From a bacterium (lineage in GTDB: Bacteria; Patescibacteriota; Minisyncoccia; Phycocordibacterales; UBA9973): 48,986 nucleotides of DNA. The DNA lies in the NCBI GenBank assembly GCA_021824345.1, contig JAKAKW010000010.1:1-48986 (forward strand), read 5' to 3'. Both the position numbers and the translations under genes were made by a program. Below are positions 27,801 through 37,219 of this stretch, piece by piece (within the stretch, counting starts at the first letter, position 1; the number at the start of each line of letters is the position of its first letter). The notes under the pieces are model-generated. The model was not told where the DNA came from. It made no database searches and was given only the letters and a program-made list of their open reading frames with translations.

Positions 27801-28049
27801 TCTGTAACAGACACATTGCGTGGCAGCCATACAGAAACAATAAGAGGCTGTCCGGGCACAAACGGAGTATCGTTTATAGTAGGCTGCCGAGAAGGGCCGG
27901 AGCGTTTAAAAACCAGCGATCTCATACACCCGGGAGATAATCCGGGATCAAAATACAGGGCTGTGGGGGCCGTAGAGGGCACAACCAACCAGAAAATTGA
28001 AGGAGATTATTACAGCGGACAGTTTGAAACGACAATAGGCATATATTAA
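24885..28049 (+). CDS. large secreted helical/coiled-coil protein of the T4SS-like locus
   Basis: Signal peptide ending AKA, VDWINHGFNGGPAFVQNP, internal hydrophobic hairpin, coiled coil. Confidence 0.7.
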   Translation: MRKIIPNKKIISIILVVTTITMPFALIPTDTAKAQALNTGDYVAGAAGAIGMLPLCKDKLNNAISSLFESSASSIISSQFSQQANGSLPSNIDASINGASGMSDSFYAQAQKELGTNTLESKLQSLGNEYSNIANSVQTNDPNANAKLKDIQKKIDIIKNATDSLNTNDTCLQSIGRLLIKILLQKITLSTVDWINHGFNGGPAFVQNPSQFFKDIARDQILEFGSEINNPTLYPFGQAFMQNQAEAFKNQFAVNAQYSLDSLIQSTTPQYTAQDFNNDFSQGGWDAWSYMTQIPANNPLGFQLMAANELQRRISESQQQTQNQLMESGGFLGDMRCVDPSTGKPNNITQADRKTSLDANQPDPCIASGSQWEYVTPGKLIATAATSALEYPNNNLLKASDLNDAIAAILDAVINHFTSQWQTNGFANLSSQGANGQLIFSSGYINSTPQAQKDFTPAQLTSSWLANNPNFNIRSDLTQALVDEQRTYVEKLQKQDEELMSTTDGRNYRENSNGSTNAAYSLIPAIYQLDYCVPGPHPGWEYDSQRVLSAVINNIVSPSEDELKNGFNKNALQQTANVLGQTIATTIAATLSSQNSSIGFISTLGPVAGIAATVLAKFLSGILGNLFDQSNELDNNIRTYYSAQLAAITGLNPADHVADYNMSADPRSINMENKQGVANVLYTVLNRYAKIMNETYEADGSMTADLAAVKQESDAEFNKLDGYKQMITQNQAKIAEMEGVITQLENIKSDIDGLNEKLKKKQFTDSSGMPLATDEDQNNAYEEALQPEIDAFARVSSKMVNENDIASVDSILKQITDERDYVYNQLLKGPHGCEHILQTEPQPHFQWPGGTPEFDSHLWSNFNVDSVQRMTYPSVFPIFYDYNKIPPGAAITINNPAESDSAVWSSYCTSNASSSDKSCGESSYMKTYMPDASMISPLGSTVKLLNGNSYEFGPGFLSFILFGNNPGEDTSYSVTDTLRGSHTETIRGCPGTNGVSFIVGCREGPERLKTSDLIHPGDNPGSKYRAVGAVEGTTNQKIEGDYYSGQFETTIGIY

Positions 28050-28051
28050 AA

Positions 28052-31000
28052 ATGGGGGATAAAAATCTTAAAATTATGGCAGGGATTCAGCGCGGAGGAA
28101 CGCGTATTCTTGCGGTTGCCGCGATGGTTATGTTCGTGTTTTTCTTTTTTGCGGGAACAGCCAAGGCTGATACCGGATTAGCGGTTACGCCATACGCGGT
28201 CGGTCAGAACTCCAACATAACTATTACCGGCTGGAATTATTCGGCGCCATATGCGCAATACAACCTGGAACTTACGCAGAGCGGAGTGCTTATAAGCAAC
28301 ATCGCCGACGTACAAGCAGACTCAAACGGATTTATAAAATACATATGGAATGTGGGAACTTCCACACTGGGGGACAACTACGCTGTTTTAATGACGAGTA
28401 AAAAGGACAGTTCCCAAATGTATTCCAACGCATTTTCAATAAGCGGAAATCCTCCTCCGATCTGCGCATCGGGTTTTATTTACGACCCAACATCCCAAAC
28501 TTGCAAGGCTATATGTTTTGCCACCCCGACTGACCCGATGGGGGCAAATTGTACAGGAAGCGGGGGTATTGTAATAACGTTGCCCAGCGGCGGGGGCGGA
28601 GGAGACAATACGCCGATTCCAGAATATATCTCGCACCTTTACGTCAAGACCTGTCCGGACAGCGCGGCAAGCGACCCGAATTGCCAAAAATCGGCAAAGA
28701 CGGATATCGGAATGAAGGTCACGGATACCAAAGCCATACTATGGGGAGAAGGAGGGCCGGATTCGGAATTGACTCCGTCTCTTCATACCACGGGATATTT
28801 CAGGTACTCTCCCATGACCATACCCCCGATATTTTGCAATGATATTTATGGCCCCGGCATGCACTCCACCGATGACTTTGATCTTGGAGACGGCACGGGA
28901 GGGGTGCGCCTTTTCAATAAACAAGTAACGGATTTGGCGCCCGACACCACATATTATTATTGCGCGGTGGTTTCAAACGCAAAAAGCATTGTTTACGGAG
29001 CGGTTAAAAGTTTTCATACCGCACAATGCATAAGTTGTCAGCAGACTAAGGTTACCACGGACAATCCGATGGTGCTCGGGCCAAATTCAGTTTCCTTAAA
29101 GGGATATTTCAGCGCCGTCCATGACGTGACTTCATATTTCCAATACAGAAAAACTCCCACAGATACAATCGCCATTCCGGAAGGAAACACGCCCTGGATT
29201 ACCGCAACGGGAAGCATCAAGAACAACCCGACCAGCTCATACACCGCAAACGGTTTTGCCAATTCCAGCGGATATCCCATGTATACTCTTTCGGGACTTG
29301 ATCCTTCCACGGATTATCAAGCCCGCCTGGTTGCCTGCGTGTCCCCCATGACTATGGACAGCAACGGAGAATGCGTCAGGCCGCAAGGAACCTCCGGGGG
29401 AGGAGAAGAAGTGGCGGGGAATATAAAGAATTTTACTACTAAGGCGGCTCCTCCTTCAGGCGGGAACGGAAACATAATCTGCCAGCAGACGGGAAACTGT
29501 CCGCCGGATCTTGTTGCGAGCGCGGTTTCTCCTTCTTCCGCCGTAGTCGGAACCACAACTGCTTTTTCAGCAACCATAACAAACCAGGGAGATCAATCTA
29601 CTGTCATTAATTTCCCGTATCTTTTCCAGAAGGAGCAGATAGTGGCCGGAGCGAGTCCGACGATAATAGACATTCCGGCTGAAAAAGCACTGGCTCTTGC
29701 CAAGGGAAGCAGGGAAACAGTTTCTTCCGCCATGTACTTCGATGCTCAAGGCACCTGGCAGGTGCGCGCTTGCGCGGACAAGACCAGCGCGTCGGACCAG
29801 TATGGGGTGGTGGACGAAGGGCCGAACCACGCGGGAGAAAGCAACAACTGCGGACCGTGGACCACGGTCACCGTTTCCAACAGGCCTATAAGCCAATACT
29901 GCTTGGATCACCCGAATGATACAAATATGTGCCCGCCGGATTTGACCGCCGGACCGGTTACTCCGAATTTTGCAAATGCGGGAACACCGGCAACATTTTC
30001 TTCAATAATAAGCAACATCGGTTCTTCTTCCGTAGAGCTTCCGTTCAAGAACCTTTTCCAACTCGACAACGACAGCAACCATGCAAACGGGGTGGCTGAT
30101 ATAGGCACTTCTACCGCTCAACCCATCGGCGCGGGAAAATCAACATCAGTGTCTATAAGTTACACGCTGCCGGCGGGAACATTCTACGTACGCGCCTGCG
30201 CGGACATGGCAAACGCAAACGACACCTATGGCTCGGTGGATGAAGGACCGGATCGCAAAGGAGAAAACAACAATTGCGGTTCGTGGACCAAGGTTACGGT
30301 ATATCCTGCTCCGCCAACTCCGCCGATGACTCCAGATCTGATCGCCGGACAAGTCAGTCCGAACGCGGTAAGCGCCGGGGTTCTGACTACTTTCTCCGCT
30401 TCAATCATAAACCAAGGCACCGCCTCCACTCGCACCGATTTCCCGTATCTTTTCCAAAAACAGCAAGTGATAGCCGGGGCAGCTCCCGTAATAACTGATG
30501 TGTATTTCGGCAGGACTTCCACCCTTGATGCAGGAACAAGCCGGACTGTTTCCGCCCCGATATCTTTGCCTTCAACAGGCACTTGGCAGGTGCGCGCTTG
30601 CGCGGACAAAGCTGGCGCAAACAATAGCGGGTTTATTAAAGAATCAAACGAGAATAACAACTGCGGACCGTGGTCAAACATCGCAGTTGCCACTCCTCCT
30701 TCCCCGGGTCCCGATCTTACGGCCAGCGTCGTTTACAGCGATAATTCTCCGGTTTCTGGTCAAAATATCACCTATCAAGCCACAATTACAAACCAGGGAA
30801 CCGCCTCTACTGGCACCGATTTCTTCAACCAGTTTCAAGTAGCGGATGCGGCAGGCGGGAAAGGGACGATTACAAAGGCTCCTTCCCAAAAAATGTCCGC
30901 CCTCCCTGCGGGAGAAAGCGGTACTATCGAATATTCATTCCTTCCTCCTTCGACCGGAACCTGGAGCATAAGAGTTTGCGCAGATGTTAATGGAGACGTT

Positions 31001-31915
31001 ACTGAAACAAATGAGAACAATAACTGCGGTTCGTGGGCAAATATTTACATCCGAACTCCATATTCTCCGCCTGGCCCTCCGAATTGGGGCGGTACAAATT
31101 GGAACGGATATTGGACAAGCCCGGATGGCACCGACTATTGGAATACAAATCCTTTCGGTAATGGAACTTTCTCCGGGTGGACGTGGCATGGAAATGACGG
31201 AAGCACTTGGCAGGGAGGCACGGTGGACAACGGGAACTTCAATGGAGGCATTTGGACTGGTCCGGATGGGCAAATATGGGATGGAGGGACACTGAACAAT
31301 GGTACTTGGAGCGGGGGAAGTTGGACGACAAGAGGAGGAAAATGGAGCGGGGGAAGTTGGAATAACGGCGTATGGAGCGGAGGAACTTGGACCGACGGAA
31401 CCAATACTTGGACCGGGGGAACTTGGAGTAACGGCACATGGTTCGGCGGTAATTGGAACGGGCAAACCGGCGGAAGCGGACAAGGGGGCGGAGGACAGAA
31501 TGGCGGGCAGGGTGGCGGACAAGGGAGCGGAGGACAGGGAACTCAAATCGGCCAGCATGCCATTCCGCCTTCGGATGCTATCGTGCGATATCACGAAGGC
31601 ATAGAAACCGTATTCGCAAGGCAAATTGTAAACCGCGCGGACTTGGCCGCCAAGCTCGGATACAAAGACGGAATGAATCTACAGCAATTCGCCTGGACCG
31701 TTGCGGACAATCTGGCTCGACACTCTTTCGCCTACATCAGCCCGCAAGGAGTGGAGGTGCGAGTCAGCTACCCGGACGTCGCGGCTTACGAACTTCGCCT
31801 TTCCGGAGACACTCTGCTGGTGTATGAATATTACAATGATGTGATCGTGGATATTCGCAATACCACTACCGTGTTCAAAAACAAATCGTATTACGAATAT
31901 TATTTCCAAAAATAA
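28052..31915 (+). CDS. surface adhesin-like protein: FN3-like, 4x CARDB-like, Trp/Gly repeats
   Basis: LAPDTTYYYCAV, LDPSTDYQARL, 4x PDL...NQG...VRACAD...ENNNC, W-x-x-G repeats. Confidence 0.8.
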   Translation: MGDKNLKIMAGIQRGGTRILAVAAMVMFVFFFFAGTAKADTGLAVTPYAVGQNSNITITGWNYSAPYAQYNLELTQSGVLISNIADVQADSNGFIKYIWNVGTSTLGDNYAVLMTSKKDSSQMYSNAFSISGNPPPICASGFIYDPTSQTCKAICFATPTDPMGANCTGSGGIVITLPSGGGGGDNTPIPEYISHLYVKTCPDSAASDPNCQKSAKTDIGMKVTDTKAILWGEGGPDSELTPSLHTTGYFRYSPMTIPPIFCNDIYGPGMHSTDDFDLGDGTGGVRLFNKQVTDLAPDTTYYYCAVVSNAKSIVYGAVKSFHTAQCISCQQTKVTTDNPMVLGPNSVSLKGYFSAVHDVTSYFQYRKTPTDTIAIPEGNTPWITATGSIKNNPTSSYTANGFANSSGYPMYTLSGLDPSTDYQARLVACVSPMTMDSNGECVRPQGTSGGGEEVAGNIKNFTTKAAPPSGGNGNIICQQTGNCPPDLVASAVSPSSAVVGTTTAFSATITNQGDQSTVINFPYLFQKEQIVAGASPTIIDIPAEKALALAKGSRETVSSAMYFDAQGTWQVRACADKTSASDQYGVVDEGPNHAGESNNCGPWTTVTVSNRPISQYCLDHPNDTNMCPPDLTAGPVTPNFANAGTPATFSSIISNIGSSSVELPFKNLFQLDNDSNHANGVADIGTSTAQPIGAGKSTSVSISYTLPAGTFYVRACADMANANDTYGSVDEGPDRKGENNNCGSWTKVTVYPAPPTPPMTPDLIAGQVSPNAVSAGVLTTFSASIINQGTASTRTDFPYLFQKQQVIAGAAPVITDVYFGRTSTLDAGTSRTVSAPISLPSTGTWQVRACADKAGANNSGFIKESNENNNCGPWSNIAVATPPSPGPDLTASVVYSDNSPVSGQNITYQATITNQGTASTGTDFFNQFQVADAAGGKGTITKAPSQKMSALPAGESGTIEYSFLPPSTGTWSIRVCADVNGDVTETNENNNCGSWANIYIRTPYSPPGPPNWGGTNWNGYWTSPDGTDYWNTNPFGNGTFSGWTWHGNDGSTWQGGTVDNGNFNGGIWTGPDGQIWDGGTLNNGTWSGGSWTTRGGKWSGGSWNNGVWSGGTWTDGTNTWTGGTWSNGTWFGGNWNGQTGGSGQGGGGQNGGQGGGQGSGGQGTQIGQHAIPPSDAIVRYHEGIETVFARQIVNRADLAAKLGYKDGMNLQQFAWTVADNLARHSFAYISPQGVEVRVSYPDVAAYELRLSGDTLLVYEYYNDVIVDIRNTTTVFKNKSYYEYYFQK
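29501..31050 (+). repeat. four tandem CARDB-like domain repeats
   Basis: Units start near 29501, 29932, 30329, 30707; TGGCAGGTGCGCGCTTGCGCGGACAA shared by units 1 and 3. Confidence 0.85.
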
Positions 31916-32007
31916 CGTAAAAGGGAAGAAAAAAGCGGAACAATAGGATAAAATATAAGTGCAGGTGAAGGAGAAAGAGAACGAAAATAAAATTTAAGGA
32001 AAAATAA

Positions 32008-34725
32008 ATGAAGTTCCCGCTGAAAAAAACAATAGTATCCATCCTGGCCGCGGCGATATTGCTTGCGCCGGTTTCGCCGGTAATTCAAATAGACGAAAGC
32101 AAGCCTGCAGAATTTTCTGTGGCATTCAAAGAAAACAAGGCATCAGCGCAAGCACAATTGTTGGTCAGCGCCTTCAATAAAAGTACGTTAAAGATTGATT
32201 CCAAAAACTCCAACTCTGCAATTTTTTCCGGGACAATAATAGCCAGCGATACTGACAGTTGCCCGGACTGCACATCAATCGCTCCCAGCAAACACTTAAA
32301 AATATATGACCAGATTGCATTGCCTTCTGATTCAAACAAGGACCCGGGCACAGGCATATTTTTTGTTGTACAACAAAATTCAAATGAAATCGCCAGATTG
32401 CCTTTTTCGGGCGCAAAAGGGCTGGGATGGAATTTTGTGTCTAGCGCAACAGAAAACGATTTTCAAAGAAACACGTTGGATTTCGTAAAACTATCTCCGA
32501 ATACTACTTACACAATTCACATTGAAATAAAACTTTTTATGTACCACGGTCTGCTTGTCGGCTCTGATTATGCCACATATGACAGCGATCCTGTGTCATT
32601 TACCACTGACTCATATAACCCAAACGATCCTACTACAACCCCCTATAACGGAAACACAAGTACTACATCAAGGGGAGGGAGCTCCGACATCATAGGAGCC
32701 TGTATGACAACTACTAATATCGGTATTGCCAATGTTCCATCAGGACTGAATATTCCCAACTGTATTGCCTGGACTACATATACGATTTGGGAAGCAACTT
32801 CGCTAATTGCCAGACTGGCCGCCGAAATACTTGATTTCTTCGTCTATTATTCTACTAACAGCACTTCCTACAACAATACTTTTATCAGCAAGGGGTGGGG
32901 AGCTGTGCGCGATGTGGCAAACATACTATTCATCATCATACTGTTATACATAGCGATTGAAACGGTATTGGGGCTAAACGCGGCCCATAACAAAAGACTT
33001 ATTGCAATGGTAATAGTGGTGGCGCTGGTAATAAACTTCAGCTTGTTCGCCACCCAGCTGGTCATTGATTCCACAAACATTCTGGCAAAAGTGTTCTACA
33101 ACGGTATGAATTCAGTAAATGCAGAAGGAGGAAGCCTGGCAACGGGCGTAGAAGGACAGAAAAAAATATCCGAAGGAATAATAAGCAAATATGATCCGCA
33201 GAAGATAATAACTGATACCGCCACATATGACAGCAATAAGGGCACATTCATTCTGATAACTATAATTCTGATTGCAGTAACCCTCTATACCGCATGGATC
33301 TTCTTTGCCGTGGCATTTCTTTTCGTCGGGAGAGTGGTCTCTCTTTGGATAGCAATGGTATTTTCTCCGTTCGCTTTTGCGTCCTTTGCGCTGCCCTTCG
33401 ATATTCCCGGCGTAGGACATAAAGAATGGTGGAAAAGATTATCCGAAAATGCCCTTTTGGCTCCTTTGTTTATCTTCTTCCTTTATCTAATAGTGATGTT
33501 CACGGGTTTTCTTAACCAGGTGATCAGTTATCAAAACACCACAAACTTGGGTACGTGGGAAAATCTGATGCAACACTTGATGGCGACAATAATACCCTTC
33601 CTTATCATCGTCGGTTTGCTCAGAGAAGCAAAGAAACTGGCTGTAAAATATTCCGGAGAATTCGGTGAAGCTCTGCACAAGGCCGGCTCCGCAGTGGGAG
33701 GATTGGTGGTTGGCGGAACAATTGCGGCTGTGTCTGGTGGAACCGCATTGGCCTTGCGCGGTACGGTCGGAAAGGTAGGTTCAGCAATGCAAAATTCAGA
33801 ATATCTGGCAGGTATAGAAGAAAAAGGCGGAGCAAAAGGCTGGATGGCGGCTAGGTTAAGAGATGCGGGAAAATATACAGGCACTCGAACGTTTGACGCT
33901 AGAAATGTTAAGGTTGCCGGTAAGAGCTTGCCTTCTGGCGGACCTAAGTTCTTAAGCCAAGTGAGAGAAGGTGGTAATGAAGGAGCCATAAAGAGAAAAA
34001 CGGAAAAGAGACAAAAGAGGGCGGAAGAATTAGCGACAGTTTCATCTAGAAAAGAAAAGAAGGAACTGCATGAAGCGGAAATTGCCTTGCAAGGCATTCT
34101 GAGTAAATTCTCGCATGACCTGGCCCAGCTTGATAAGAAAATAACATCCACAGGGGCAAAATCTACTGACGCATCAAGACGGGCGAAAGATCTAAATGCT
34201 TCTGCTAAGGTTGTGGAGAAGAAAGCGCAGGAAGCAGAAGAGTATCAAAAGATCCACGATACTGATCGAGTCGCGTTCATGAATATGAAAAACGCACAGA
34301 TACAAGCCAAGAAAGCCCGAGAGGCTGCAGATAAAGCACAGGAAGAAGCTAGTCTTCTCTCTGAAAAACTAAAAGAATACAAAGACCATAAGGATGCAAT
34401 AAGAAAAGGGGAGAAATTTACTGCTACGCTTACGGAAGGTGGCCAAAAATATAATTACAGCGGCGAGGATGAACAAGAAGATGAGATAAGTAAAAATTCC
34501 AGATTCTCATATAAAGGAAGAAGCGAAACAATTGACAGCTTCCAGAGCGAAAGAATTCCTGAATATGAACATGAACTTGAAAAAGCAAGACGTGAAGCAA
34601 AAACTGATTATGCGGAAAGCATATTAAAACACTGGTGGGGAAACAACATGAATAAAGCAGACAAGGATGCGCACTACAATATAATTATGGACGTAAAATT
34701 GGATGATAAGGGCGGGCATAAATAG
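32008..34725 (+). CDS. VirB6/TrbL-like polytopic membrane protein with N-terminal surface domain and C-terminal coiled coil
   Basis: GWGAVRDVANILFIIILLYIAI, LVINFSLFATQLVIDSTN, GRVVSLWIAMVFSPFAF, WWKRL. Confidence 0.75.
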   Translation: MKFPLKKTIVSILAAAILLAPVSPVIQIDESKPAEFSVAFKENKASAQAQLLVSAFNKSTLKIDSKNSNSAIFSGTIIASDTDSCPDCTSIAPSKHLKIYDQIALPSDSNKDPGTGIFFVVQQNSNEIARLPFSGAKGLGWNFVSSATENDFQRNTLDFVKLSPNTTYTIHIEIKLFMYHGLLVGSDYATYDSDPVSFTTDSYNPNDPTTTPYNGNTSTTSRGGSSDIIGACMTTTNIGIANVPSGLNIPNCIAWTTYTIWEATSLIARLAAEILDFFVYYSTNSTSYNNTFISKGWGAVRDVANILFIIILLYIAIETVLGLNAAHNKRLIAMVIVVALVINFSLFATQLVIDSTNILAKVFYNGMNSVNAEGGSLATGVEGQKKISEGIISKYDPQKIITDTATYDSNKGTFILITIILIAVTLYTAWIFFAVAFLFVGRVVSLWIAMVFSPFAFASFALPFDIPGVGHKEWWKRLSENALLAPLFIFFLYLIVMFTGFLNQVISYQNTTNLGTWENLMQHLMATIIPFLIIVGLLREAKKLAVKYSGEFGEALHKAGSAVGGLVVGGTIAAVSGGTALALRGTVGKVGSAMQNSEYLAGIEEKGGAKGWMAARLRDAGKYTGTRTFDARNVKVAGKSLPSGGPKFLSQVREGGNEGAIKRKTEKRQKRAEELATVSSRKEKKELHEAEIALQGILSKFSHDLAQLDKKITSTGAKSTDASRRAKDLNASAKVVEKKAQEAEEYQKIHDTDRVAFMNMKNAQIQAKKAREAADKAQEEASLLSEKLKEYKDHKDAIRKGEKFTATLTEGGQKYNYSGEDEQEDEISKNSRFSYKGRSETIDSFQSERIPEYEHELEKARREAKTDYAESILKHWWGNNMNKADKDAHYNIIMDVKLDDKGGHK

Positions 34726-34729
34726 GCTT

Positions 34730-35287
34730 AATATGAATATAAAAGCGGAAAAAAATATACAGGATAAAATTAAAAAACTTCCAAAGGAAACAGGAGAGGC
34801 AATTAACGCTTTTGATTGGGAAAAAACAACGGGGGACATAGGGAAAGAGTATATTCATGACGATATTGGCATAAGTATTTTAGAGGCGTTGGTCGGAATG
34901 GTGCTTGCCGGAATTGATTATGCTTACGCTTTACCTTACAACATTGAACGCGAAATAGGAATCACAGAAGAAGAAGCAAAAAAAATTTATGCAGAGCTAG
35001 ACCAAAAAGTTTTCAAGCCAATATATGAAATTATGGTTCAAAAAATCAAAGCCGGATTGAAAGACAAAAAAACGACTTGGCTGCAAAATGTTGAGTTTGT
35101 TCTCTCTGGCGGAGATTACACTGTCTTTCAAGAAGAACCGGAAATGCCGGAAATAAATATGAAAAACAGCGCCAAGGGCGAGCTTCCTGTCAACCCGTCA
35201 GCTGCCGCGCAAAATAATCAAACTCCGAAGGTAAACACGGATTTCATCTCAAAAAAAGATGACCTTAGAAGCAAATTTAAGATATAA
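34730..35287 (+). CDS. hypothetical protein (paralogue of the next gene)
   Basis: LPKETGEAINAFDWEK...KVFKPIYE. Confidence 0.7.
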   Translation, partial: NMNIKAEKNIQDKIKKLPKETGEAINAFDWEKTTGDIGKEYIHDDIGISILEALVGMVLAGIDYAYALPYNIEREIGITEEEAKKIYAELDQKVFKPIYEIMVQKIKAGLKDKKTTWLQNVEFVLSGGDYTVFQEEPEMPEINMKNSAKGELPVNPSAAAQNNQTPKVNTDFISKKDDLRSKFKI

Positions 35288-35307
35288 TAGTAAAACGAAA
35301 AAATATT

Positions 35308-36096
35308 ATGGACAATGACACGCCAATCGACCTCTTGCAGGTGAAAATAGAGAAAGCCAAGGAAAATCTTTCGGAAGATACTCTGCAGGCCATCAGCGCG
35401 GTGGATTGGAAAAAAACCATTCTGGATATGCGCGCGAGCAGGGGTTACAGCTTCACCCAGCTTGAAGATTTGGAGCTGGAAACGGAACTGCTTCTATGCG
35501 GACTGACAAGCCCCGACGATTATCCGAAGGAAGTGGAAAAACGCCTGGGCCTTTCCAAACCGCAAACTTCAGACTTGATCAACTATCTGAACGAGAATAT
35601 ATTCAAAAAGATCAGGGAAGAGTTTATTAAAATTACGGACAAAAAGAAGCAGGGAGACACGGCAGAAAGCGAGGCTGAAACCCCGAGCCAATTAAAGCAG
35701 AGGCTTATTAGAACAGGCCCCGGCGCAAAAACTGAAGAAGAGGCAAGACAAAAAACGGAATCTGTTAAGCCTGCTGAACAGTCCAGCAACGTATCTGCCG
35801 GAGCGGCCGGCCCCGCAATGCCCCCCGAAACCCCGGAAAAGATACTGCAAACGTTAGAGAGCGAAGAAGAATTGCCATCTCCCGCGGAATCGGAGAAAAA
35901 AGAGGCAAAACCGGTTTTTGCCCAAAAACTTTCCGGCTCCTGGAAAGCGCCGGTCAATAGCACTGAATACACCTTGGGTAATCTTTCAAAAGAAGCAGGA
36001 GCGGAACATGTTTCCATTAAAGCATCCGCATTGCCGCCAACGAAGGATGCCGACGGGAAGCCGAAAGCGGACCCTTACAGGGAGGAAATACTCTAG
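35308..36096 (+). CDS. hypothetical protein with disordered tail ending DPYRE
   Basis: LSEDTLQAISAVDWKK...NIFKKIRE; Pro/Glu-rich linker; ADPYREEIL. Confidence 0.75.
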   Translation: MDNDTPIDLLQVKIEKAKENLSEDTLQAISAVDWKKTILDMRASRGYSFTQLEDLELETELLLCGLTSPDDYPKEVEKRLGLSKPQTSDLINYLNENIFKKIREEFIKITDKKKQGDTAESEAETPSQLKQRLIRTGPGAKTEEEARQKTESVKPAEQSSNVSAGAAGPAMPPETPEKILQTLESEEELPSPAESEKKEAKPVFAQKLSGSWKAPVNSTEYTLGNLSKEAGAEHVSIKASALPPTKDADGKPKADPYREEIL

Positions 36097-36139
36097 AAAA
36101 TAGCTTAAAAATCTGCATAAATGCTATAATAAATACGAT

Positions 36140-36568
36140 ATGCAGTTCAAAGTCCCGCAATTTTTGGACATAGAAGACAAGATATTCGGGCCATTCACTT
36201 TCCGGCAGTTCGTGTATCTGGCGGGAGGCGCCGGCCTTTGTTATTTATTGTACAAGGTCTTGGGCCTATTGCTTGGCGTCATCCCGATGATCATTATCGC
36301 CGGCCTGTCGCTGGCCCTCGCTTTCTATAAACCGAACGGAAAGCCTTTTATAAACATGCTGGAAGCCGGATTCAAATATATCACCCGAAGCAAGCTGTAT
36401 ATATGGCAAGAGAGGAGGGGGGAGACTGCCAAGGAAAAAGCGATGCAACAGGCAGCTTCTCAGGCTCAGGCCGCGGCCGCGGCGGGAAGAAACATTCAGA
36501 AACTTTCCGGCAGCAAGCTGAAGGATTTGGCGTGGTCGTTGGACGTGCTTGATAACAAGAAACAATAG
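36140..36568 (+). CDS. PrgI family (VirB3-like) membrane protein
   Basis: MQFKVPQFLDIEDKIFGPFTFRQF, two TM helices, KLYIW. Confidence 0.88.
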   Translation: MQFKVPQFLDIEDKIFGPFTFRQFVYLAGGAGLCYLLYKVLGLLLGVIPMIIIAGLSLALAFYKPNGKPFINMLEAGFKYITRSKLYIWQERRGETAKEKAMQQAASQAQAAAAAGRNIQKLSGSKLKDLAWSLDVLDNKKQ

Positions 36569-36570
36569 TC

Positions 36571-37215
36571 ATGGCGCTTAAAGCAAGAGCAACTCAAGAG
36601 TTTGTTCCGATTAAAGAAGTCCGAGACGGGATAGTAGTCCTGAAGGACGGCGATTTGCGGGCCATAGTGCTGGCCAATTCCGTCAATCTTTCCCTGAAAT
36701 CGGAAGAAGAACAGCGGGCGGTTATATTCCAATTTCAAGGCTTTCTTAATACTCTGGATTTTCCGATCCAAATATCGGTGCAATCCAGAAAACTGGACAT
36801 AAGGCCGTATATACTTACTCTTGAAAATCGCATGAAGGCGCAAACCGAGCCCTTGCTTAAATTGCAGACAAAAGAGTATATAGATTTCATTAAAAATTTC
36901 ACCGACACGGTCAGCATTATGACAAAGAATTTTTTTGTGGTAGTGCCTTTTACCAACACTTTTCTAAAAGAAGCGAACGAAAACTTCCTCGGCAAACTTT
37001 TTTCAAGAAAAAGCAAACAGGAAAAAATGGCCCAGGAAGAGCTTGATTTTGAAGAAAAGAGGTCCCAATTGGACGAAAGAGTGGGGGTAATTCAGCAAGG
37101 GCTTGCCCGATGCGGAATAAAGAGCGCTCAGTTGGGCACTGAAGAAGTGGTGGAAGTGTTCTATAAAGTATTCAACCCCGGAGAGACGGAGGGTAAAATA
37201 AGGACGGAACAATAA
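36571..37215 (+). CDS. VirB4/TraC N-terminal-like T4SS-associated protein
   Basis: TQEFVPIKEVRDGIVVLKDG, NLSLKSEEEQ, FLNTLDFPIQI; lies between PrgI and the ATPase. Confidence 0.7.
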   Translation: MALKARATQEFVPIKEVRDGIVVLKDGDLRAIVLANSVNLSLKSEEEQRAVIFQFQGFLNTLDFPIQISVQSRKLDIRPYILTLENRMKAQTEPLLKLQTKEYIDFIKNFTDTVSIMTKNFFVVVPFTNTFLKEANENFLGKLFSRKSKQEKMAQEELDFEEKRSQLDERVGVIQQGLARCGIKSAQLGTEEVVEVFYKVFNPGETEGKIRTEQ

Positions 37216-37219
37216 AAAA

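Noticed and set aside
11757-31915. Diversity-generating retroelement
   Set aside because: No reverse transcriptase and no repeat pair differing only at adenines was seen
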